NCBI GenBank assembly: GCA_950097015.1
Contig: CATNEN010000007.1
Span: forward strand, 124,001-188,000
DNA from: Macrostomum hystrix
Lineage: Eukaryota; Animalia; Platyhelminthes
DNA: 64,000 nucleotides
Reading direction: 5' to 3'
The translations under genes and the position numbers were made by a program. This document shows positions 1 to 24,430 of this stretch, one piece after another. How positions within the stretch are numbered: position 1 is the stretch's first letter; each line of letters opens with the position of its first letter. The notes under the pieces were generated by a model. The model made no database searches, had not been told where the DNA came from, and saw only the letters and a program-made list of their open reading frames with translations.

Positions 1-83
1 CAACTCATTAGACGATGCGACAAATGCCAATCGAAATTTAAGAATCGGAATTTGAGTTCTATCAGAATTAACAAAACACTCAC

Positions 84-12799
<12,716 letters not shown>

Positions 12800-15304
12800 C
12801 CTTCTATTTGAGAGGCTGCCAAAGCTGTTGGACTTGCAATTTTTTTGTCACAGTTCTTAAATAAAAATGTGTGGACGCCAAATTAGAATAGTTGTCAAGA
12901 CATAGGAAAGCTGAGAGTGAAAAATGTAATACAAGTTCAACAGAACACATTAGATAAAAATTTATATGCTAAGTGTGTGACAATATATATATTTGAATGC
13001 CAAACAAATCATTAATAGCTTACCTAAAAAATCTACAATCTAGTTTCAAAGTCATAACTTTTAATCATCTATTGAAGTGCATAATCACACATAATAACTT
13101 GTTTCTGGTCCTCCTTCAGACTCACATTAGTTTTGCTAAGGGAATTTTTTTAATTTTCTTTTAATACAATACATAACAATGCATTTCATAAACACAAAAA
13201 ACCTGTCAATTAGCTTTATTTTCAATGAATAGATACCTTTGTATTTGTATAACACTAAGAAATCTGAATACAGATTATATAACTAAGAGTAATGACAAAG
13301 CAAGATTTGAAAAATTCGATAACTTAAGTAAAATGTGATACTAATAAAAAATTGGTCAAATTACTTATGAAATACATATATTCAGTTAAAAACTACAGTC
13401 CTACTTAGACTCTATCAATCCTGTTTAATAATAGAGTTCAATATTTAATAAGGAAACCACTGTTTCAATCTAGAATATTATAAAACTCAGAAACAAAATT
13501 AAGCAAAAAATTAAAGTATTAATGTTAAACATTTCTAGCATGCTTAATAGACAAAAGTATGATAGCCTATGCTAATAGCATTTATAAAAACAAAAAAAGT
13601 AACAAAAATATTCTATTGCAGGTGTTGGACCTTTTAAACAGTAAATGTGAAAATAGTCAAAAGTGTAGCCAGGTAGATAAAATAAAACGAAAATATGTTA
13701 AAATATTCAAAATAAAAAAATTTAAATACTATACTGCAGACTTGAATAAAATCTAAATGTAAATGAATTTATAGTAGTCTAAAGATTTAAGAAGTTGACA
13801 GGATGAATCACTTTTATTTTAAGCTTGTGGTTGAAATCATTCAGATAGTGTATATAAAAATCGTGATACAATTATGACACAAGTAATTTCATTTCATTCA
13901 GACACTTCCATATAGCACGGTAAATCAAAATAAGGGAATGACAGTCATCTTAGAAACAAGGAAATTGTATTAGTCAAAAGAGTTGAGTTAAAAATTTAGG
14001 TTTTTATTTAATTAATTTACATGATATAGTTTTAATGTTATCCACACTCACAGAAAAATATTTTGTCGTAGAAAGAAGGTAAAATTTTACTGCCTTTGTT
14101 TTATTACACTAAAGCCGGATATAAGGATCTCTTCTGTGCAACTTAACCTTTCAAAGAAGACATCGTAACCAATTTTGATGTTTACGTTGTTGCTATGTAT
14201 TTAATTCTAATTCCCCGAAAAAAGCTTGCATTTATTAAATAAATGCTTACCAGTTACATTTTCTCATATTGCTTTTTTAAAGTGTGGCGAAGAGAATCGC
14301 GTTTTGTGACATTGATAATGTGCATGCTGCCGAATCTAAAGAGTTGTTATATAATATGTGAATCAACTGCATCTTGAGCGTATGTTTATTGCTTATCCGT
14401 GTACGAAAATGGTTGTTTTTTGGGACGTAAGCGGACTGGATGGCAAGCTTGTATACAATTTTTGATAAAATTATCAACAGAAAGAAAAACCTTGCACCTG
14501 AACATGTATTATAGCATGCAGCATCAGTAAAAATTATTGTGCGTCAATTAGCTGATCAGCGTTTGACGTTCTATGTAAGTGTGGAACTTAAAATTAATGA
14601 TAAAAATTGTTAAAATCACGCTATATAACTGCGTGAGTAGCCATAGCGCCCCCTTGAATTGCATTTTTTAGATGTCTATATGTATTAAGTGCAAATCGAT
14701 TTTCGATTTCCAGCCCAGTTGCTAATTGTTTATTTTACTTCTTTAATTGCTTCTATAAGCAGTTAAGGACAATATTGCTTCAGTCAGGACAACATTTTAA
14801 TGCTAATATATAAAATTACATGTCTATACTACTACATGTTTCCAACTTGCACCGAAAACAATTGCATCCTGTGGTTCGGATCGCTTCCCAACCGATTGTT
14901 TCTTGCCTTAGATGGATTTGTTTCCATTTGCATATTCAGATTAATTGCTAATTAGTTCGTCTAATTTCAGTCGTTGATCAGAGAGCCGCCCTGTAGAGTA
15001 ATACTAGCCTCAGCAAATCTAATACATCAAACTGTAACAGGGTGTGAACTGTAAATAAGTGCTAATGTATAATGAACACGGTTGCCATGCAACGTGTGGT
15101 TGGTCGCCATGCAGGTGAAAGGTCTCCAGAGCCAAGTAATAACGACACCCTATAAGTTCACGTTTTAAAGGTAACACCATTATTGTATGCAGTTCGATCA
15201 GAGCTATATGAGAGTTTATTGCCATAGGAAAAGTCTCCGACTATTAATGACTCGGTCAGAATAAAAAATAATAGTAAAAAATAAAAAATATATTACCAAA
15301 AGTC

Positions 15305-18300
15305 ATGCCGCATTATACTGAAAAAATCTCAAATAGATCTAAAAGGCAATCGTTTGATTTGACTCAACAACTTGTGGTAATAATTTTGCTGCAACTATTC
15401 ATCGTATTTACAGGTGAGTTCCAACTATTTCAGGCTGCAACATTCGTTGCTAACTAAATTTTTTGACGTTGTTGCCGTGAATTGGATAAAAAATATATTC
15501 ATGTACAGATAAGATCCGCGGAAGGTTAAAACTCCAAGAAGGCGAGATTCTAAGAAAAATAGACGCAAAGAAGGATAGACTCCAAGAAGGATAGACTCCA
15601 AGAAGGATAGACTCCAAGAAGGATAGACTCCAAGAAGGATAGACTCCAAGATGGATAGACTCCAAGATGGATAGACTCCAAGATGGATAGACTCCAAGAT
15701 GGATAGACTCCAAGATGGATAGACTCCAAGAAGGATAGACTCCAAGAAGGATAGACTCCAAGATGGATAGAACTCAAAAAAGGATAGAACTCGAAGAAGG
15801 AAATAGACTCAAAGAAGGAAATAGACTCAAAGAAGGAAATAGACTCAAAGAAGGAAATAGACTCAAAGAAGGAAATAGACTCAAAGAAGGAAATAGACTC
15901 AAAGAAGGAAATAGACTCAAAGAAGGAAATAGACTCAAAGAAGGAAATAGACTCCAAAAAGGATAGACTCAAAGAAGGATAGACTCAAAGTAGGATAGAA
16001 CTCAAAGAAGGATAGAACTCAAAGAAGGATAGAACTCAAAGAAGGATAGAACTCAAAGAAGGATAGAACTCAAAGAAGGATAGAACTCAAAGAAGGATAG
16101 AACTCAAAGAAGGATAGAACTCAAAGAAGGATAGAACTCAAAGAAGTATAGAACTCAAAGAAGGATAGAACTCAAAGAAGGATAGAACTCAAAGAAGGAT
16201 AGAACTCAAAGAAGGATAGAACTCAAAGAAGTATAGAACTCAAAGAAGGATAGAACTCAAAGAAGTATAGAACTCAAAGAAGGATAGAACTCAAAGAAGG
16301 ATAGAACTCAAAGAAGGATAGAACTCAAAGAAGGATAGAACTCAAAGAAGGATAGAACTCAAAGAAGTATAGAACTCAAAGAAGGATAGAACTCAAAGAA
16401 GGATAGAACTCAAAGAAGTATAGAACTCAAAGAAGGATAGAACTCAAAGAAGGATATGCTCAAAATAGGATACACTCCAAGAAGGATAGACTCTAAGAAA
16501 GGATAGATTCCAATGAGAATGGACTTCAATGAGGATGGACTACACGAGGCATAGACTCAAAGGAGGAACGCTTGAACTCTTTGAAGAAATAAATTCCGAA
16601 ATGCGGCATTCCAGGCGCTCACGGAGCCGAGTCCTCCGTGCTCATAACGGGTGCGTTCTACAATCGGCACTCGGCCACAATACCCAGTACCATTGAGATG
16701 CCTTTGAGCACGCGCAGCTGGCAGTTCGCCTGCCGTTGGACGCGACGAAACGCGAAAGAGAACACCCTGCTGGCCATACAGGCCCCGGTGAGTGGCCCCG
16801 GTTACTGCCCCGATGGCAGTAAAATCTATAGGTCCGAGAAGGTCACTGTGCTGTCTAAAATCCTACCGTTGTCTAACTTCGCCTATGCGGCCGTATTCGA
16901 TTTTAAAATATTTAAGTACCACAATTAGTCTAACAGGTAGCACTAGAGTCTAACAGGTAGCACTAGAGTCTAACAGGTAGCACTAGAGTCTAACAGGTAG
17001 CACTAGAGTCTAACAGGTAGCACTAGAGTCTAACAGGTAGCACTAGAGTCTAACAGGTAGCATCCAAGTCTAACAGGTAGCATCCAAGTCTAACAGGTAG
17101 CATCCAAGTCTAACAGGTAGCATCCAAGTCTAACAGGTAGCATCAAAGTCTAACAGGCAGCATCCAAGTCTAACAGGTAGCATCCAAGTCTAACAGGTAG
17201 CATCCAAGTCTAACAGGTAGCATCCAAGTCTAACAGGTAGCATCCAAGTCTAACAGGTAGCATCCAAGTCTAACAGGTAGCATCCAAGTCTAACAGGTAG
17301 CATCCAAGTCTAACAGGTAGCATCCAAGTCTAACAGGTAGCATCCAAGTCTAACAGGTAGCATCAAAGTCTAACAGGCAGCATCCAAGTCTAACAGGTAG
17401 CATCCAAGTCTAACAGGTAGCATCCAAGTCTAACAGGTAGCATCGAAGTCTAACAGGCAGCTAGGCTGCAGACTCGACGGGTGCAATAGGTGGCGCTCCT
17501 GCCTGATCTAAAAGTAGATCTAATATGTTATCGGATTTATTCACAAATCGTTCAGCAAAGCCACCGCTCCATCCGTTTGGCAGACCCAGAGAACCCTGAA
17601 CAACTGCCAGTTCAGCTCATCGAGCGGGCCGGCAGTTTGCACACCGTCCAACATTCAGTTTGCCACCGACACAGCTGGCCAGAACCAGGTCTACAATGTC
17701 AGCTGCCAGGAGGCTGGCAACACCCTCACCTGCTCCATCGACATCCGGGTTGAGTTCAATACGCGACACATCGGAAAATGGTCCTGCAATAGCCTCATGG
17801 ATGAAACTAACGATAGCATACTACTGCAGTACTACAGTGAGTAGGGTGCAATCCAGGGAACGCTTTGCTTTGCTTTCTAAAAACTTCAGGTTGAAAAACT
17901 TCAGGTTGAAAAACTTCAGGTTGAAAAACTTCAGGTTGAAAAACTTCAGGTTGAAAAACTTCAGGTTGAAAAACTTCAGGTTGAAAAACTACAGGTTGAA
18001 AAACTTCAGGTTGAAAAACTTCAGGTTGAAAAACTTCAGGTTGAAAAACTACAGGTTGAAAAATCTTTATTTGAAAATTTCTCTAAACATTTGAACAGTT
18101 AATATCGATTGCTATATTTAAACTACCAATTTCCACAGAGGTACTTCCACAAAACAGTCTCGTCTTAGCTAGCTGGGATCCGATGATGTTTGAGAACAGC
18201 TCAAGCCAAAATGGCTCCCAAACGAATCGATTCGAGTGCTTCACCAAGGAGCGAGTCATCCCGCCGGCAAGGCTGAGCTTCTACCTTGGCAGAATCGAAC

Positions 18301-19420
18301 TCGGGACCAACCAGACGGTGTATCCTGTTGACTTTTTGTCCGAAAATCAGCACTCCACACAGCTAAGCATGTTTGTGCTCAACCAGACAGGAGCTACGGC
18401 AACTCCACCGAGAAAGGATATGACTTGTGAGTCTGAAATTTCATTTATCTAACATGATCCTAGCTATCTAACATGGCCCTAAATATCTAACATTGTCTTA
18501 AGTATCTAACATGATCCTAAGTATCTAACGTGATCCTGAGTATCTAACGTGATCCTGAGTATCTAACATGATCCTAAGTATCTAACGTGATCCTGAGTAT
18601 CTAACGTGATCCTAAGTATCTAACGTGATCCTAAGTATCTAACGTGATCCTGAGTATCTAACGTGATCCTAAGTATCTAACGTGATCCTAAGTATCTAAC
18701 ATGATCCTAAGTATCTAACGTGATCCTGAGTATCTAACATGATCCTAAATATCTAACATGATCCTAAGTATCTAACATTATGATCCTAAGTATCCAACGT
18801 GATCCTGAGTATCTAACATGATCCTAAGTATCTAACGTGATCCTAAGTATCTAACGTGATCCTAAGTATCTAACGTGATCCTAAGTATCTAACGTGATCC
18901 TGAGTATCTAACGTGATCCTAAGTATCTAACGTGATCCTAAGTATCTAACATGATCCTAAGTATCTAACGTGATCCTGAGTATCTAACATGATCCTAAAT
19001 ATCTAACATGATCCTAAGTATCTAACATTATGATCCTAAGTATCCAACGTGATCCTGAGTATCTAACATGATCCTAAGTATCTAACGTGATCCTAAGTAT
19101 CTAACGTGATCCTGAGTATCTAACATGATCCTGAGTATCTAACGTGATCCTAAGTATCTAACGTGATCCTGAGTATCTAACATGATCCTAAATATCTAAC
19201 ATGATCCTAAATATCCAACACAATATTGACACTGAAACACGGTCCCACACATCAGTGAATCAGCAGCTCCTGGCAACTAATCGAGTGCTCAATCTGAGAC
19301 TTCGGCAAAACTATAGCGGCCTGACTCTGAGCTGCTCAGCTACCCAGGACCTGTCGGACAGTTACGAGAAGGCCAGCAGTGCGATTGAAATTCAGTTTCC
19401 CAAAATCCCAACGGATGATG
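15305..19420 (+). CDS. Ig-superfamily secreted or cell-surface protein, paralogue 1 (exons 15305-15413, 16615-16787, 17584-17836, 18139-18426, 19256-19420; 3' end not resolved)
   Basis: Hydrophobic leader LVVIILLQLFIVFTG-AHG; Ig-like Cys motifs WQFACRW, HIGKWSC, RFECFT..PPARLSFYLG, LTLSCSAT; many N-glycosylation sequons; phases 1,0,1,1,1 identical to paralogue 2. Confidence 0.75.
15530..16500. repeat. Compound minisatellite, unit changes 16 to 18 to 17 bp (gactccaagaaggata / aagaaggaaatagactca / aagaaggatagaactca)
   Basis: Directly visible blocks. Confidence 0.95.
16928..17460. repeat. 20-bp minisatellite (gtctaacaggtagcatccaa)
   Basis: About 26 copies; first copies are the cactaga variant. 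Confidence 0.97.
17878..18062. repeat. 15-bp minisatellite (aaacttcaggttgaa)
   Basis: About 12 copies; shares core cttcaggttga with the 23-bp array at 10377. Confidence 0.95.
18448..19215. repeat. 19-bp minisatellite (tatctaacgtgatcctaag)
   Basis: About 40 copies filling intron 4 of Ig paralogue 1. Confidence 0.96.
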
Positions 19421-19942
19421 GTGAGAATTAAGCGTCTGCTCTGAATTTTTCTGTCTCATATTTTGACTAAATTATAGCAAGCAATTACATTGAGTATCCA
19501 ATGTCAACTTTTGGTAACTAACGTCAGCTTTTCCGAAAGAAAACCTGTAGATTGAAGAAATTGATGGACAATTGCATTTACTGTTTTCAACCAGATAAAA
19601 AAATATAATGACCCTTAAATTAATGTAGTTGCAGTCCGATTACACCTGAAGTATATAAATACATACATACATAAATGCTAATAAGCAGGCACAGGTGTAT
19701 CGTTTCCTTTCAAGTCTTATTCGCCTGGGCTGTATGCAGACATGAGAAAACATGCCACGCATTTTTCGTTGCTAATGTAAACAAACACTTGGTTGCGCCG
19801 CAACGGCAGTGTGAAGAGGTAAGGAAAGATTTTCGATGGTCCAAAAGGAATGCTCCGGCTGAAGTTTATTGAGAGAGTTGGCCGTCCCGATCAAGTTGTG
19901 TCTTAACTTTCCTGTGAGTCTTGTTTCGTTAGAAGAAGCACC

Positions 19943-22900
19943 ATGCGTTACACACTGATGTCACTGATGTGGCTTATGGCATTCTTATTAATTAGCCAAC
20001 TGGGTAAGTAATGCTCAACAATTTCCAGTTCAACCTGTGAAATTAGACGTTGTGAAGTCTCCTATCTCAGCAGTGTGATTAGACGTTGTGAAGTCTCTAA
20101 TCTCAGCAGTGTGATTAGACGTTGTGAATTCTCTAATCTCAGCAGTGTGATTAGACGTTGTGAAGTCTCCTATCTCAGCAGTGTGATTAGACGTTGTGAA
20201 GTCTCTAATCTCAGCAGTGTGATTCGACGTTGTGAAGTCTCTAATCTCAGCAGTGTGATTCGACGTTGTGAAGTCTCCAATCTCAGCAGTGTGATTAGAC
20301 GTTGTGAAGTCTCCTATCTCAGCAGTGTGATTCGACGTTGTGAAGTCTCTAATCTCAGCAGTGTGATTCGACGTTGTGAAGTCTCCAATCTCAGCAGTGT
20401 GATTAGACGTTGTGAAGTCTCCTATCTCAGCAGTGTGATTAGACGCTGTGAAGTCTCTAATCTCAGCAGTGTGATTCGACGTTGTGAAGTCTCTAATCTC
20501 AGCAGTGTGATTAGACGCTGTGAAGTCTCTAATCTCAGCAGTGTGATTAGACGTTGTGAAGTCTCCAATCTCAGCAGTGTGATTAGACGTTGTGAAGTCT
20601 CCTATCTCAGCAGTGTGATTAGACGCTGTGAAGTCTCCTATCTCAGCAGTGTGATTAGACGCTGTGAAGTCTCTAATCTCAGCAGTGTGATTCGACGTTG
20701 TGAAGTCTCTAATCTCAGCAGTGTGATTAGACGCTGTGAAGTCTCTAATCTCAGCAGTGTGATTAGACGTTGTGAAGTCTCCTATCTCAGCAGTGTGATT
20801 AGACGCTGTGAAGTCTCCAATCTCAGCAGTGTGATTAGACGTTGTGAAGTCTCCTATCTCAGCAGTGTGATTAGACGTTGTGAAGTCTCCTATCTCAGCA
20901 GTGTGATTAGACGTTGTGAAGTCTCCTATCTCAGCAGTGTGATTAGACGTTGTGAAGTCTCCTATCTCAGCAGTGTGATTAGACGCTGTGAAGTCTCCAA
21001 TCTCAGCAGTGTGATTAGACGTTGTGAAGTCTCCTATCTCAGCAGTGTGATTAGACGCTGTGAAGTCTCCAATCTCAGCAGTGTGATTAGACGTTGTGAA
21101 GTCTCCTATCTCAGCAGTGTGATTAGACGCTGTGAAGTCTCCAATCTCAGCAGTGCGATTAGACGCTGTGAAGTCTCTAATCTCAGCAGTGTGATTAGAC
21201 GCTGTGAAGTCTCCTATCTCAGCAGTGTGATTAGACGCTGTGAAGTCTCTAATCTCAGCAGTGTGATTCGACGTGAAATTTCGAGCTTATGAAGGAGAAT
21301 GTTGTTTAACGATATGAAATTTCGGGTTTGTGAAGCGGCCCCAATCGTTGCTCAGTATTGTATTGTAAATGGTCTCAAACTGCAGATGAGATCATGGCGG
21401 AGCCGGTTCTAAGCATCGAAGGCATGTACGTCAGGAACTACCGAACCGCGCCAAACACCATCGAGATGCGTCACGACAGCCGGTGGAAGTTCGCGTGCTA
21501 TTGGAACAGACGGAATGCTAGCCAGAATCCCCTATTGGCTATCAGTGTTCCGGTGAGCCAGTAGGGAGCAATTAGGACTCTAATGCTCAAACTGGTGTTG
21601 ACTTCGTAGTCTCACTGAAAATTCCCGCTCGCACTTCAGTCCCAGATTGGCGGTCAGATCAACTGTCAGTTCAGCATGGCTGGCCGGCCGCCCCAGTGCA
21701 CCCCGTCCAGCGTGCAATTCCCCGCGAGCAACGGCAACCAGAACCCGCTGAGCTCTAACATCACCTGCGTAGAGACTGGCAACAGTCTCAGCTGCTCCAT
21801 TAACTTGGAGGGCTTCAACTCACATCATATTGGTCTGTGGTCTTGTCGGAGCATTTCGGATGCAAGAAACGACAGCATCCTGCTGCAGTACTACGGTTGG
21901 TGCCTTTAACTGATTGGTTACTTATGCTGAACAGGACATTGTAGGACAGTATTTGGAGCTTAGGACTTTTGACCTGAGAGGTCAGGAGTTCGAATTTCAG
22001 CGCATGGGGAGCTATTTGAATCCTTAGCTCACTGAATAAGGGACAGCTAAAATACTTAAAATCTTAAGATAATTTAGTAACAGTAGAAAGCCCACATTTT
22101 TTTTCATTATTCTTTATCTCGCAAAATATTCTGCCGATCGCCATAGAACCACAAAACATGGGCATCCTCGAGATATTCAAAGATTCTCGTCGAGGTGTCT
22201 GCAGTGGCTAAAACCACCAAAATAGGCATACATTTTCTGCTCACAAAATTTCATCATGTAACTATATATATATAGTTAATCTATATATATGGATTCACCA
22301 TAGACATAGATTTCGTGGCTATTATTTTTTTGTTTATAGATTAAATTGTTCGATTTTATATTATTGAATGAATGTGGATTCACCATAGACATTGATGCAG
22401 AGCATTGTAAGTTGGCCTTGTCACCAGGGTCTTTGACAAGAATCGCTAAATGCCTCGACGATGCTGATGTCGGACGGCTTTGAAAATTAGTTCATCGTAA
22501 AGGGCGAAAAATTTGAATCCGTATTTTGACTTTTTATTTGAAATTTCCCTAGGGGAAAATTAGCGTGGTCGTTCTACTGTTAAAGGCCGCCTTTCGAAAT
22601 GGTTTTACTTATTAACGTATGTACGTATAGAAAGACACTTTTCTCGCTGGGACCTTCAGAGTTGATAGACTAGACAGACCTAATGCAACATGCGTACCGA
22701 GTTAGACTAACGATTTGAAAATATCCGAGCGATGTTACCATTGTTGGAATACACACAGACCGCGGAGACAAGGCATAACAATAACAATAGTTGCAGGGGG
22801 GCTGCAGGCAATGGCACATCATTTGGTGACACCAGACCCGCAGCCAGCGAGGAGGCAATTCTGCCCATTTCGCTGACTCCTGAGCACACACGCACACAGA

Positions 22901-24218
22901 TGCCGTATGCAGACACACGCTGACACAGGTGTGTACATCTGCCCTGCCTTTCCCATTGTAATGGGCGTAAATGGCACGACATGCTCCCAAGCCTTCTCTC
23001 CGCGGCTGCGACCCAACAATGGGACCTCGATGCAGAATCTAGCTCAGGGACATTGGCGCGTGAGGCAATACCAAGCGATAAGCGCTCTGTCACTCGCCCC
23101 CTGAGAAAGAAGGCTGGGAAGCTTGTCGAGAAATTTACACCCTCAAAGACCGAGAGTGTACACTGTCTGAGGATGAGAAAGTCAGGGCAGATGTTCACAC
23201 CTGTGAGTGTGTTGGCTGCTGTACATATCTGGCTTAACTCGGTCAGGTGAAATTTCTATGTACTTCTATGAAGCCGGAATGCCCGAATTGCAGACTTGCT
23301 GACCGAGGCGCATCTCGAGCTGGCCAGCTGGGACCCGATCGAGCCCACGAATGAGACAGGCTCAACTGACAACTCAACACTCGGCAACCGATTCGAATGC
23401 TTCACGACTAGGCCGGTCATTCCACCTGCTCGATTGGCTTTCTACCTGGGCGGAGTGGAGCTGACGCCTGAGCAGACCAGATACCCTGTGGAGTGGCTGG
23501 GAGACACTGACTACTCGCAGGAGCCGAGAATGTACACGCTGAACGCTACCATGACTGCACTGATTTCACCAACAGGATATCTGAGCCGTGAGCAGCCATT
23601 TCTCTGCAATTTTTGCTTAAGGGTATAATTGCGGCAATCTAATTTATTCCTCTTAAAGGAAATCTGTCGCTGAGCCTGAGTTTGATTCCGCGGCGAGGCC
23701 ACATTCATTTGTCGTGCAATTTGCGCTCTTGAGGGCCAACCTCCAAAGCACAGTGAGAGTGTACACTGCCTCACGACGAGAAAGTCAGTGCAGATGTACA
23801 CACCTGTGTCAGCGTGTGTCTGCATACGGTACTGTGTGCGTGCGTGCTCAGGAGTCAGCGAAATGGGCAGAATTGCCTCCTCGCTGGCTGCGGGTCTCGT
23901 GTCACTAAATGATGTGCCATTGCCCGCAGCCCTCCTGCAGTTATTCTTTTTGTTAGTTTGAGCTTTTAGGATGTTTTTAATTTTCTTTTAAGTAAATAAG
24001 TAATCTAAGTAAATTAAGTAATTAAGTAAATTAAGTAAATTAATTTCTACATTTTTGTCCGAATCCTCCGGCAGTGAACCAGCAGAAGCTGTTCAGCAAT
24101 CGAGTCCTGCGCATGCGACTCAGGCGCAGCTACAACAGCCTGCTGCTGGAGTGCCGGGCTACTCAGGAACTCATCGTGTCCTCCGTGGCTTCGGTCAGGA
24201 GTATCATGCTTCATCTGG
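19943..24218 (+). CDS. Ig-superfamily protein, paralogue 2 (exons 19943-20003, 21386-21552, 21640-21895, 23294-23587, 24075-24218; 3' end not resolved)
   Basis: Signal-like MRYTLMSLMWLMAFLLISQL; WKFACYW, HIGLWSC..NDSILLQYY, NRFECFT..VIPPARLAFYLG, NRVLRMRLRRSYNSLLLEC, all collinear with paralogue 1; consistent splice phases. Confidence 0.78.
20040..21275. repeat. 36-bp minisatellite (gtgattagacgttgtgaagtctctaatctcagcagt), about 34 copies
   Basis: Fills intron 1 of Ig paralogue 2. Confidence 0.97.
22080..22580. mobile_element. About 500-bp MITE with imperfect TIRs (ACAGTAGAAAGCCCAC / GTGGTCGTTCTACTGT) flanked by TA, Tc1/mariner-like
   Basis: TIR pair and TA on both sides; related copy starts at 24240 (ta|cagtagaaagtccac, shared through about 24430); internal segment recurs at about 55518-55560. 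Confidence 0.6.
22781..23955. repeat. About 160-bp inverted repeat pair (22781-22942 and 23790-23955) flanking Ig exon 23294-23587
   Basis: Reverse complement of left arm matches right arm at high identity; a further diverged partial copy lies at about 23130-23225. Confidence 0.9.
23665..23745 (+). mobile_element. Short interspersed repeat (tRNA-SINE-like) remnant; related copies at about 40360-40425 and 63425-63500
   Basis: Shared ctgagtt(c)g..ccgcggcgaggccacattt.tttg core with a B-box-like GTTCG; other B-box-like pieces at about 21985, 44705 and 56455. Confidence 0.5.
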
Positions 24219-24239
24219 GTATGCACTTGCGAAGGCCTA

Positions 24240-24430
24240 CAGTAGAAAGTCCACGAGGCTGTTTCAAATAATGAAAATGAAAATCCTGAACACAGACTAA
24301 AATTTTCCGCTCTATCCGATGAAACATCGTCATCGTCGGGATATTCAACGATTTTCGTCGGGGTGTCTGGTGGCAAAAACCACCAATGAAGTCATAATTT
24401 TTCTGCTCGCAAAATTTCATCATGTAACCA
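24240..24430. mobile_element. Partial second copy of the same MITE family
   Basis: Left TIR and internal gatattcaa..ttttctgctc.caaaatttcatcatgtaac shared with 22080-22262; right end not identified. Confidence 0.55.

Noticed and set aside
20075-21292. 405-aa (VIRRCEVSNLSS)n ORF
   Set aside because: 36-bp array lying between a valid donor (20004) and acceptor (21385) of Ig paralogue 2, so intronic
21960-22020. tRNA gene (GTTCGAAT B-box; also about 44705 and 56455)
   Set aside because: No cloverleaf or acceptor stem could be built; more likely SINE remnants
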